DNA of 63,718 nucleotides from Desulfobacteraceae bacterium (GTDB lineage: Bacteria; Desulfobacterota; Desulfobacteria; Desulfobacterales; JAABSP01), in contig JAABTD010000007.1 in the NCBI GenBank assembly GCA_011390065.1, forward strand, positions 1-63,718. Reading direction: 5' to 3'. Both the position numbers and the translations under genes were made by a program. This document shows positions 25,101 through 33,813 of the stretch, in pieces. The stretch's first letter is position 1. Every line of letters starts with the position of its first letter. Under the pieces are notes generated by a model. The model saw only the letters and a list, made by a program, of their open reading frames with translations, had not been told where the DNA came from and did not search any database.

Positions 25101-27921
25101 TGGCGATGATCTCGGCGCAATTCAGGGCCGTGCCATCCTTGCAGCTTTGCTGTCCCGTCCCCAAAACGATGTCGGGCGCTATCAACAGGCTGATGCTGCC
25201 TGGGGTATAATCAATATCGATCTCCTGGACAATCCCGCCGATCCTCTCGGTCTGCTCGCCATTCACTTCTTCTGCATATTTGTCGGTACCAACCCGAATC
25301 GTCGCCGTGCCGGGCTCGTTGTCGGCCGTCAGCCTCGCTATCGCCTCGCCGCCCACCGTAAACGATTGCGCAATACCGCCGACAAAGCCGCCTCCTCCGG
25401 AAACAACGCCGAAATAAACCGGCGTGTCATCAGGCGCGGGATCGCCCCCCACCATCGTCAAAACCGCACTAACGATGGCCTGGCTTTCGCCATCAGCCGG
25501 CAGGCTCGAGGGTTCGAGACTGAGTTGAATACCCGCGATCCGGGGGCCTACCAACTGAATTTCTACAGTTGTTTCCACGCCATTGGTTGCAACAATCTTC
25601 ACTTCGTCCTTGCCGCCATCCGGTACAAGACTGGGCGGTGTATAATTAACCGTTGCCGTGCCGCCCGCATCCGTTACAGCGGTGCCTGAATCAACAGCTC
25701 CGAACATCTCTCTGTCTCTGATCGTAAGCGTCGCACCGGGTACGAAATTGTCATATGCATCCCTCACTGTCATGGTGATAGTGCTGCCGACATCTTGTCC
25801 TAACGTCAATTTGGAAGGACTCGCGCTTGCTGTGACCATAGCCGGGGCGCCCGGATCAAACCCGACTTCTGCGGCAGCCCACACGCCTCCGGCCGTAATA
25901 GTGACGGTAGCGGTCCCTACATTGGTCGGGCTAATGAGTTGGGCCGTTGCCCTGCCGCCGATAGTTGTGGGATCTATCCGGGTTCCCGCATCATTCGTCG
26001 TCCCCTGGAACGTTCCGGCTGTGGTCGTAAAAGTCACTTTCGTTCCATCCGAAACCGCCTGCCCTTCAAAATCATTCACCTCAGCCGCAACCAGAACCAT
26101 CGTCTCACCGTCTGCAACAATGCTGGGAGCGCCCGTACTGGCGGTTATCGAAGCGACCTGAGCGCCGATAAGGGTAATCGTGATTTCAGCATTCTCAGTT
26201 TCATTGTTTTGATTCTTAAGCGGATTGCCGTTTTCATCTTTGACCGATACTGCGACATCACCGGTTTGGGTTGAAGTGGTGAAAACCGTGGACGCAAGGC
26301 CTCCTGCGGTTGTCGTAACAACTGATTCAGACAGTTGTCCCATGTTCGGCGCAGAAAGCTCGAACAAAACATTGCGCCCTTCCAGCCGGTGACCTGCTGC
26401 ATCATAGACAATGGCCTCGATGGTGCTTTGCTGCGATCCGTTTGCCGTTAAATTCACCGGATCAGCGTACAATTCGGCGCTGTAGGGAGAACCGGCCGCA
26501 AAGTCGACTGCGACAGTGTCCGACAATCCCGCCACGGTTCCGGTAACAGTGGCTGTCTCGACAATCGTACTGCTTTGCAGGACCACCCGTGCGACGCCGT
26601 TCTCCGTCTGGGCCCTGATGCCGCTTAAGGCGACATTGCAACCGGCCGTACCGTTCGGCGGGCAGGACAATGACCCTGCCGTGCTTGAAAAAACCACTTC
26701 AGTTCCATCAAGGGCTGGATCCTGGTTGACGTCCAGAACAGTCGCTTTAACGGTTGTCGTCGCCTGCCCGTCCGCAGTAATTTCCTCATCAACGGCCGTA
26801 AGATCGATGGCGTTTATTTCCACGACCGCCAGCGAAATCGTGAGGATATCGCCCGGTTCAATGTTCAATGTCCGCTCAATAAGCTCTCCATCCGGTCCCA
26901 CGGCAACGACTTTCAATTGACCGCTGGGAGGAATCGGCACCTCCCCAAAGTAAAACGTACCATCGGACAGCACCCTGACAACCTCATCCCCTACATAAAC
27001 AAAGCTTCCCGGCGTCGCCGTGCCCCGCACCGTTCCGGTTCTGCTTTCCTCATAAAAAATGCCATATACCCCACCGTCGGAGACGGATACGGCTGTTCCA
27101 TCCGCAGGCGTGTCGTCGGTCTCACCTGCAACCTCCCATCGGTGCTCATATGGATCGAAATGCAGGATGCGCACATTCGAGAGGGATCCGGGATTCGGAA
27201 GAATCAATTCTCCCGCGGCATCCATTTTCAATAAAGGGGGATTGATGAACACCATGGACGCAGGGGCCTGCTTACCCCCTATGATCACATCATTTGCCGC
27301 CAGCGTATCCGGCGACGGCAGCGGGACGGGCAACGGTATGGACAAATTGATGTATTCTACGTTCACCGATGCACTCGAGGCATCGGATCTGCCATTGCCG
27401 TTAAAAACATCGAAAACGCCATCCGGTTGAGGGGCGACATTCAACCGCGCCCTCTGTCCATCGATCGTGTTTGAGTTGACGGAACCGCCGACTTGTGCAT
27501 TGATGGAAACCGACGATGCCGCAGCCGTTTGAAGCAGCAAGCTCTGTTCAACAGCATCTCCGGAAGAAAGATCGGCAAGACGAAAAGTCGGAATAAGCCC
27601 CGATCGCGTGCCCAGCACCGTGTGCATTTCCTCGGATATGTCCATGGAAAATTGGCCATCGGCATTGGTAACGGTCGTATTCACCCCGTCTTCATTCTGT
27701 ATGGCATGAATTTTCACCTGGGGCGCACTATTGCCGTTTCCACTATAAACGGTGCCAGTGAAATTAAACGTCGGCGTCGGCGTCGGCGTCTCTCCACCGC
27801 CATCACCGTCGTCTCCGCCATCCGTGCCTTTTCCGCCTTTCGACCCACATCCAGCTAAAAGGAATATGCCCAACACCATCACTGTAAACAGATAGACTAA
27901 TTTTCCGATGCTGTATTTCAT
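22177..27921 (-). CDS. Giant lipoprotein (1914 aa) with invasin/intimin-type Ig (Big_1-like) repeats and a BNR/Asp-box beta-propeller; putative adhesin
   Basis: Lipobox LAG-C; about 7 repeats like ITADGQATTTVKATVLD..G.PV.DGT.V.F; SLDSGKTW, SLDGGLTW and STDSGKSW Asp-boxes; FAGTDGGGVYKS blades. Confidence 0.8.
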   Translation of the reverse strand: MKYSIGKLVYLFTVMVLGIFLLAGCGSKGGKGTDGGDDGDGGGETPTPTPTFNFTGTVYSGNGNSAPQVKIHAIQNEDGVNTTVTNADGQFSMDISEEMHTVLGTRSGLIPTFRLADLSSGDAVEQSLLLQTAAASSVSINAQVGGSVNSNTIDGQRARLNVAPQPDGVFDVFNGNGRSDASSASVNVEYINLSIPLPVPLPSPDTLAANDVIIGGKQAPASMVFINPPLLKMDAAGELILPNPGSLSNVRILHFDPYEHRWEVAGETDDTPADGTAVSVSDGGVYGIFYEESRTGTVRGTATPGSFVYVGDEVVRVLSDGTFYFGEVPIPPSGQLKVVAVGPDGELIERTLNIEPGDILTISLAVVEINAIDLTAVDEEITADGQATTTVKATVLDVNQDPALDGTEVVFSSTAGSLSCPPNGTAGCNVALSGIRAQTENGVARVVLQSSTIVETATVTGTVAGLSDTVAVDFAAGSPYSAELYADPVNLTANGSQQSTIEAIVYDAAGHRLEGRNVLFELSAPNMGQLSESVVTTTAGGLASTVFTTSTQTGDVAVSVKDENGNPLKNQNNETENAEITITLIGAQVASITASTGAPSIVADGETMVLVAAEVNDFEGQAVSDGTKVTFTTTAGTFQGTTNDAGTRIDPTTIGGRATAQLISPTNVGTATVTITAGGVWAAAEVGFDPGAPAMVTASASPSKLTLGQDVGSTITMTVRDAYDNFVPGATLTIRDREMFGAVDSGTAVTDAGGTATVNYTPPSLVPDGGKDEVKIVATNGVETTVEIQLVGPRIAGIQLSLEPSSLPADGESQAIVSAVLTMVGGDPAPDDTPVYFGVVSGGGGFVGGIAQSFTVGGEAIARLTADNEPGTATIRVGTDKYAEEVNGEQTERIGGIVQEIDIDYTPGSISLLIAPDIVLGTGQQSCKDGTALNCAEIIATLELANGDPAIGEEVTFSLQSSAGMSRTGTIELQNDGLSDDAGRVSAWYIAPNEGGEITITATWVTDNVEVTETGTITINPPPASINVAPPDQTEISVRGTGGQETVQLFFEVKDNAGNPVQDGYRIDFEILTGPGGGELLTPIFDLTEGEGRVGTVLRSGYESGPVSVKATYFHNSNVSTVVSQIVIKAGPPVGEEFGISAQYNNISGLSYTGLENLLIANAGDYYGNAVPDGTAISFKTYNTGGLIEEGEQNTNTAGGFSNSTLFSTPTPRPLEGGVSITAEAVGGRTTHITSLDLAPVDFAARDRYILFAGTDGGGVYKSLDSGKTWENRSRSSSHPGQNWIYPYVNDISIDRDETNIVYAATGFLGQGNIYRSLDGGLTWNSGSAEEWIGLKSYPLSDLNSISSAVSTVLCDYDDDAVPYREYPWVWAGTENDGILYSEDGVIFKRAEVLGKGRNINDIVRIVDTHGADAILYAATSSGIYKSYPKDAGSGGGRQWFYKTTDSTDGAPNSFPGDHVNSLALHSSADGGVSDILYAGTEDAGVWVSTDSGKSWKYYTEGLGEGLMATIPAGDIRNQGTGRVTDVTVGKKTLSENWTLEYEEYAVCVENSDGRDCEQGACPEGECEQTAGGFTITGSDTGVIPDPDQPDQPDHAMEGQRYEVASVDLAFTIVEGNIPFEPGDKFTFTTIRNPGLNIKQLLLDETNNRLYATTYFEPEGFHPVGNLYYHDLKSDRSGFMKEGGLWLEASEGLPQFDPPDDATLFAQHAMSLAQGPFGETKSLFIGGEGISFHKADSGLSNESLPDWTASRSGMNNTIMARTFVLFSGAASMSFELVAINSKAGDNIWETGDPLPVAVEDENELIFEAFVQDEYGNPPIGGSSFTVETSQQRNVYSIIYPDSLIYPGTWRDTTDERTRNPFVIRYIYNADTDGGLVFEFDPDCPTGEITAPGCSGSLQQITIQLPIIRSDFWSF

Positions 27922-28012
27922 TTATCTTCCTTATCTGATGTCTAAGTCATACATAAAGCAGCACACTGGTTTTCAGCTTCCAACCCGGTACAAGGCAGAA
28001 GGCAATCCTGCA

Positions 28013-31000
28013 TTAAAGCTGCAACTGACGCTGCTCCAGCTGAACGATCTTGGGGGTAATGAAAATCAGCAGTTCCCGTTTGTCCTGTGCTTGAACTCTC
28101 GACTTGAACAACCACCCGAGCAACGGTATTTTTGACAGCCCCGGCAGGCCGTCGTTGGATCTTGTCTGATTTTCTCTGATAATGCCGCCGATGACGAAGG
28201 TGTCTCCATCGTTGACCAGCAATTCGGTCGAGGCCTCATTGGTCGACAATGCAGGACCGTCGGGGGTCTGTTGAAAAATATCGTTGTTCTGGATCTGCAC
28301 TTTCATGGAAATGCGGTTGTCCGGAGTAATATGAGGCGTCACATCCAGTTTCAAATCAACTTGTTTGAACTCGGTCGTTGTTTCTCCATTTTCATCCGTT
28401 GTCGCATAAGGATATTCAAATCCTTGGCTGATATTGGCCGCTTTATTGTCTAAGGTTAAAATTCGCGGCGCTGAAATGATTCTACCCTCCTCCTGAGACT
28501 CCATGGCCATCAACATCGCATTGAGAAGGAACGGCGTTCCGGCGATCCTCAGAAAATTGAACCCGATGCTGCCGAACTGGTTCACCGGCAGGTTGATGGC
28601 GATGTCGGTGCCATACGTGCCCCCCAGGACGTTATACGCTCTTTGCGGACCCGCGCCCGGTTCCGCTTCCGCCCCGGAAGCGACGGTCGCATCACTGATG
28701 CCGGTGCTCATTCCCCAGTTGGTGCCGATCTCTCTGGAAAAATTGGTGGTGGCTTCAACGATGCGCGCCTCGATCAGCACCTGGGGCGTCACCCGGTCAA
28801 GCTTTTCGACGATTTCCCTTGCCTGCTTGATCGTGCCGGCCGTATCCGTCAGGATCACCATGTTGGTGCGCGTATCCACGCTGAGAGACCCCCGGTCTTT
28901 TGTTATGATCTTATCCAGATGCGGTTGAATCTCTGTGGCGGCATCTGAATAGCTGACGGGAATGTACTCCGTGATCAGAGGTTCCAGCGCTTTTTGCTGA
29001 TCCTGGGCCGACCGCTGGGCCGCAAGGGTTTCCTGTTTTTGCTGTTCTTCCTGCTTGAGGGTGTTCCGGGTTGCGACCCGGATGATGTTGCCCTCCATGG
29101 TTTTGCCTAGTTGGTTCATCTTCAGGACAAGGTCGAGCACCTGATCCCATGGCACAGGATGTTCCAGGGTGAGGGTTACCTGCCCTGTTACGTCATTATC
29201 AACGGCAAAATTCTTGCCGCTCACCTCTCGTAGAATGCGAAAGACATTCTTGATATCTGTTTCATAGAAATCCAGCGCAATGGGTTCCCCCGTATATCTC
29301 GGGCCTGTATCGATCAATCCCGCTTCCGGAGAGAAGTCATCCATAAAATCAGCGCCCGCCGCATCAAAAGACGCAGCCGGCGGCTCTCCGGCGAACCCTT
29401 CCATTGCAGCAGTCGGCATATCGAAAGCACCGGGCGCCTCGGCGCCTCTTGCAACGGCCCGTTCTTCATAGGCGGGGGCCGTCGACGGCCGGGTCTGGGA
29501 CGGCGCCTCATCAAAAGCCGGCGCACGCTCGGATATACCGGGCTGCGGCCGGGCGCCTGGAGACGTTGGCGCTTGATTCCGCGCGTCTGTCAGCATGGGC
29601 TGCGGCATCGTTGTTTCGGCAGGGCGTGGTGATATGGAGGAGGCTTCGAAATGGACCATCAAAAGCCCATCTGTCTGTTCGACATAGTATGGCACCGATT
29701 CCCGCAATTGGATGTCAACGACGGACACTTCCTCTCCGGACTTTTCGGTCTGCCGGGGAAGGATGCGATCCACGGCGCTCTCGAATCGATCGGTGATGAG
29801 CGGTCGCTGACGATAATCCGGGGTTTTGGTATTGAACAACTGCAGTTGCAATGCTCTATTGCCGACGCTTTCGATATTGTGCGCAACCGGCTCCGATGTG
29901 CCGATGATCAAAGTGGACTTGCCGGCTTCCTCGCTCAGGAAATCGACGCGATTCACCCACGCCGGTTTTCCGCTCACTTGAACCGACGGACGAGGCGCCG
30001 CCGGAGCCGTTCTTTCGGACGGCATTTCAGGTGCTGCCCGCTCAACGGGCGCCATCCCCGGGACGGGTTGTTCAACAGGCCGGACAGGCGGCGGCGCAGG
30101 TTGGGCCGGTGCTTCCATGCGCGTATCGGCTATCATGGTCCCTGGAGTTTGTCCTTTTCCAACGTAGACCACCATGCCGTTTTTTTCCGGATACGCTGAA
30201 AAATTTGAAAGGTATTCCGGACGGGTCTCAATATATACCCGCACCTTGTTCGGATAGGTTTCGTGTCGGACCTTTTTCACCCACTGGGTATCCACCGGGA
30301 ACGCGTTTTGCTTCTCATAGGGATTTTCGATGTTGTCAATATCAAAAACAATGGCAGGCGGATTTTGAATGGTGAGGACTTTATAATCGGCGATCTGACC
30401 GTCTCCCCTCAGCGTGACCATGGTGCTGTCGGGAAGTTGCGTCGCATAAATCGACTGAAGACGGTTCGCCGTATCTTTGACAGATGATCGGGGCTGAGCC
30501 GTTTCCGTCATGGACCGGCTGCTTTGCCGGATCGGGGCTCCGCTTGCATACGCCGCATCCGTTCCCACATGGATCAACAGACCGTTATCGACCGGATACG
30601 CCGAAAACGCGGATAGATACTGTTGTTTCGTTTCCAGCACCAGCCGAAGTCGATCCGGGTAACCGAAATACCGGACGGTTTCCACCCAGGGGCTGTCAAC
30701 CTTCACAATCTTTTCATTCTTGTAAGGACTCTGCAGGTTGAAGATGTCGAAAATGATGCGCGCCGGGCTTTTAATGGTAAATGCCTTATAATTGGTGATG
30801 GCGCCGTCTGCTCCCACAAAGACTTTCATGCTGTCGTCCATTTTTGTCGCGTAAACGGAATGCAGCCGTGTTGCAGTTTGGATGGGAGTGGATTCATAGG
30901 CGTCGGTTTCCTTTCCATCTGCGGAACGCGTCCCTGATGCGTCACCGGAAAACAGTATGGACACGGCGCCGTCCTCTCGAAGGATCTCATGCGAAAGATC

Positions 31001-31420
31001 CGAGTTGAGCACGATTTCTATTTTGGTGGTTTTCTGGTCGGCGTCATTTCTGATTTCCGAAGCCTTTACGGAACGAATGACTGCGTTTTCTTCTCCGGTT
31101 TGGTGGACGCCCATGGTCTCTTCCAAATCAAGGCCGGTTTCCGGGAAATACAACAGCACCGTCGGCGGAAACGGCTGTTTTGCGGAGGAATAAGTAAGCT
31201 CTTGATTTCCCTGGATCAATACACCCGGCGCATCCGGAGTTTGCAAAATTTCCAGTCGTGTGATCACTTTAGAGAAGGCTTGATTGTCGGCGCTTGAATC
31301 GGCAATCTGCCCTGGGCCTTTGCTGGAAGCGCATCCCGCAAAAATGGATATCACGAACATCAGCAGAATGCCGGCTACCCCAAAAAAATGACAGTCTTGT
31401 TTCTTGACGCTACATTTCAT
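28013..31420 (-). CDS. pilQ: Type IV pilus secretin PilQ with multiple AMIN domains
   Basis: YTGEPIALDF, V.L.LEHPVPWDQVLD, QVLIEARIVEA, ISAPRILTLDN and RELLIFITPKI motifs; AMIN-like repeats (PARIIFDI, PPAIVFDI); start moved to ATG 31420. Confidence 0.95.
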   Translation of the reverse strand: MKCSVKKQDCHFFGVAGILLMFVISIFAGCASSKGPGQIADSSADNQAFSKVITRLEILQTPDAPGVLIQGNQELTYSSAKQPFPPTVLLYFPETGLDLEETMGVHQTGEENAVIRSVKASEIRNDADQKTTKIEIVLNSDLSHEILREDGAVSILFSGDASGTRSADGKETDAYESTPIQTATRLHSVYATKMDDSMKVFVGADGAITNYKAFTIKSPARIIFDIFNLQSPYKNEKIVKVDSPWVETVRYFGYPDRLRLVLETKQQYLSAFSAYPVDNGLLIHVGTDAAYASGAPIRQSSRSMTETAQPRSSVKDTANRLQSIYATQLPDSTMVTLRGDGQIADYKVLTIQNPPAIVFDIDNIENPYEKQNAFPVDTQWVKKVRHETYPNKVRVYIETRPEYLSNFSAYPEKNGMVVYVGKGQTPGTMIADTRMEAPAQPAPPPVRPVEQPVPGMAPVERAAPEMPSERTAPAAPRPSVQVSGKPAWVNRVDFLSEEAGKSTLIIGTSEPVAHNIESVGNRALQLQLFNTKTPDYRQRPLITDRFESAVDRILPRQTEKSGEEVSVVDIQLRESVPYYVEQTDGLLMVHFEASSISPRPAETTMPQPMLTDARNQAPTSPGARPQPGISERAPAFDEAPSQTRPSTAPAYEERAVARGAEAPGAFDMPTAAMEGFAGEPPAASFDAAGADFMDDFSPEAGLIDTGPRYTGEPIALDFYETDIKNVFRILREVSGKNFAVDNDVTGQVTLTLEHPVPWDQVLDLVLKMNQLGKTMEGNIIRVATRNTLKQEEQQKQETLAAQRSAQDQQKALEPLITEYIPVSYSDAATEIQPHLDKIITKDRGSLSVDTRTNMVILTDTAGTIKQAREIVEKLDRVTPQVLIEARIVEATTNFSREIGTNWGMSTGISDATVASGAEAEPGAGPQRAYNVLGGTYGTDIAINLPVNQFGSIGFNFLRIAGTPFLLNAMLMAMESQEEGRIISAPRILTLDNKAANISQGFEYPYATTDENGETTTEFKQVDLKLDVTPHITPDNRISMKVQIQNNDIFQQTPDGPALSTNEASTELLVNDGDTFVIGGIIRENQTRSNDGLPGLSKIPLLGWLFKSRVQAQDKRELLIFITPKIVQLEQRQLQL

Positions 31421-32522
31421 GGTATCCCTCTCCAGGAGGCTTTTGGATTTTAAGTTCTCTTTCACGCACCGTTATTTCGCCGCGGATATCTTCATACTCC
31501 TCTTCGACAATGATTCTGTCTTTCAGTATCTCAGCCACCTTGCCGGAATGGATTCCGATATACGTTCCCTTGGAAATAATATACCCTTTTCCGGAAGACT
31601 CCTGGACCAATGCGCGATTGCCACTTTCCGCCCGGATGACGCCGACCAGCTTCAGTTGATTCAGGTCCATCTTTTCCAGCGGTGTCCGGGGAATTCGCTT
31701 TTCCCTTTTTGGTTTGTCCGCTGTCGAACCGCCTTCGACCGGCTGTTCTTCAGGCGGCGTTTCTTCTTCTTGGGGCGGCTTGAACAACGGCTCGAATGGA
31801 TCCACTCTGCCGGAAGGATCATAGCCGGTCTTTGTTTTTGTCTCTTCTCTGGCGATGCCCAAAATGGAAGCCAGCGCGCTGTCGCTGACGCCGGCGTCCG
31901 TTGTTCGGCTTTCCCCCGTCGACGTCTCGGGCGCTTCCGCCTTTTCCTCCGGCGGCCGATCTGCTTCCTCCTCATCGGCCGGCGTTTCCCGCCCTTCGAA
32001 CACCGGCAAATCGTCCGGGAGCGATGCGGTTTCCATCGTCGCCTCCTCGGAAACATCGGCATCCACGGCTGCCGCCGTCTGTGGTCGTTGTGCTTCCGCC
32101 GGCTTTTTTTCCGGCGCCGGCTTGTTATTGTTCTCCGACATCTCAACCGGCGCTGTTCGCGGCGGTTTTACCGCAGGGGCCGGCTGTTCGGGCGCAATCT
32201 TTTTAATATCTATCGGTTTATTGTCTTCCGGCTGGACAGGTATAACGATAACATCGGGGATCTTTTTGGTGACGGAAGCACTTTGAGCGGATTCCTGAGA
32301 GGGCGATTGCTCCTTAAGAGCGGCGGGCGATTGGGACTCGACCGGCTGTTCAGAGGCAACTTGTAGAGGCTCTTGAGGTGTTTTTTCCTCTGGTAAAACA
32401 ACTTTTTTGCGCACTGAGGCCGTTTTTTCGGCGTCGTTCGGGGGATCGCTGCAACTCCATAAAGTGAGGGCGATCAAAACGCAAAAAATGATTTTCCATG
32501 CTCTAAAAAAATGCGCTTTCAT
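31410..32522 (-). CDS. pilP: Type IV pilus assembly lipoprotein PilP with long acidic linker
   Basis: Lipobox LWS-C; YDPSGRVDPF and RTPLEKMDLNQLKLVGVI...ALV...G.GY...G..IG motifs. Confidence 0.9.
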   Translation of the reverse strand: MKAHFFRAWKIIFCVLIALTLWSCSDPPNDAEKTASVRKKVVLPEEKTPQEPLQVASEQPVESQSPAALKEQSPSQESAQSASVTKKIPDVIVIPVQPEDNKPIDIKKIAPEQPAPAVKPPRTAPVEMSENNNKPAPEKKPAEAQRPQTAAAVDADVSEEATMETASLPDDLPVFEGRETPADEEEADRPPEEKAEAPETSTGESRTTDAGVSDSALASILGIAREETKTKTGYDPSGRVDPFEPLFKPPQEEETPPEEQPVEGGSTADKPKREKRIPRTPLEKMDLNQLKLVGVIRAESGNRALVQESSGKGYIISKGTYIGIHSGKVAEILKDRIIVEEEYEDIRGEITVRERELKIQKPPGEGYHEM

Positions 32523-32533
32523 AGCGACAACTA

Positions 32534-33127
32534 TTATTTCTTTTCAGGGGTGGTTTCTAAAAATTTATATGTAACCGCCGTGCAGGTGATATTAAGCGTG
32601 CTTTCTTCTGCCTTGCCGGTTTTGGTCATGCGAATGTCCTTGAGATTGACTATACGATTCAGTTCCGAAATCTTGTATGCAAAATTCACAAAATCATGGT
32701 AACTCCCGTTAACCTGGATCGATACGGGAATTTCAGCATAAAATCCCTTGGGTTTTTCCGGCTTTGGCTGGAAGAGTAAAAAATCCAGCTTCGCATCCTG
32801 ACCCGAGTGGGAGATATTCGTCAACAGAGTGGGGATTTCTTCACTTTCCGGCAGCGCCCGTTTGGCCTCTTCAAACGTTTCTCTGGCTGCAGCCATCTGC
32901 GCTTCCACTTCCTTCAACTTCGAGGCTTTGCGCTTGGCGATCATCAACTCCTGTTCCAATTTGCTCAGGTCGCCTTCAAGCTTAGTGATCTCTTTATGCT
33001 TCGGCATGAAGAGGAAATACACCGATGGTCCAAGCAGTAAAATCAGCGCCCCCACGCATATAAGAATGCGGTGGAGCCGGCTTAATTTTTCTACTTTCTG
33101 AAATAAAGGCTGCAAATCAACTTTCAT
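32534..33127 (-). CDS. pilO: Type IV pilus assembly protein PilO
   Basis: One TM plus coiled coil; LPESEEIPTLL, FYAEIPVSIQVNGSYH and RIVN motifs. Confidence 0.93.
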   Translation of the reverse strand: MKVDLQPLFQKVEKLSRLHRILICVGALILLLGPSVYFLFMPKHKEITKLEGDLSKLEQELMIAKRKASKLKEVEAQMAAARETFEEAKRALPESEEIPTLLTNISHSGQDAKLDFLLFQPKPEKPKGFYAEIPVSIQVNGSYHDFVNFAYKISELNRIVNLKDIRMTKTGKAEESTLNITCTAVTYKFLETTPEKK

Positions 33128-33813
33128 GATCTACTCGCTTCGTCGGCTTTAGGTGGGGCCGATGCCATGCGCTCTTTCTGGCATGTGACTTGAAACCGTT
33201 TCAAATTAATTTCTTCACGGGCTTTGTCCGGCCTGAGGGTCATGTGCTGCAACGTCACCAGTTTGACATTGGAATAAACGTTGAAATCCTCTTCCCCCAG
33301 TTCCTTCGTTGCATTTTCTAACTGAGTCATGAAATCGGCCACCGTTTTGTTGTCCAGAGCGATCCCCTCGATCGTCAGATGGGTTTCGACTTTTTCTTCC
33401 CTTTTGGCGCTTTTTCCTTTTCCACTCGTGATGACGGTGATGCGTTCCACCGCTTCGAAACGCGCCAGCCACATCCGATCTTTGATGATCATTTCGTTCA
33501 TGTTGTCCAGCAGCCGGAAGGATGCTCCCCGCCCCGCATTCAACTCTTCGATCACGGTGAGTTTTTGGTTGAGGAGGTCCAGCTGTTTGCGGATCGCTTC
33601 CACCTTGGCGACAATTTTCTGAAATCGATCCAGCTCCTTTTTCGTGTAATCGATTTTTGCATTCAGATCGGTGATCGCGCCATTCAGGTGGGAATTGTAC
33701 CAGGCGACGGCGCCGATGATCAGCGCCAGGTAGACAAGAAAAACAAAGACCTGATTTCTCGCAGACTCTTTTTTCTTTTCAGAGACATAGGGCAGAAGGT
33801 TGATCCGTATCAT
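33124..33813 (-). CDS. pilN: Type IV pilus assembly protein PilN
   Basis: MIRINLLP start, TM, coiled coil, WL..F...L.IEG.A PilN domain. Confidence 0.93.
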   Translation of the reverse strand: MIRINLLPYVSEKKKESARNQVFVFLVYLALIIGAVAWYNSHLNGAITDLNAKIDYTKKELDRFQKIVAKVEAIRKQLDLLNQKLTVIEELNAGRGASFRLLDNMNEMIIKDRMWLARFEAVERITVITSGKGKSAKREEKVETHLTIEGIALDNKTVADFMTQLENATKELGEEDFNVYSNVKLVTLQHMTLRPDKAREEINLKRFQVTCQKERMASAPPKADEASRS

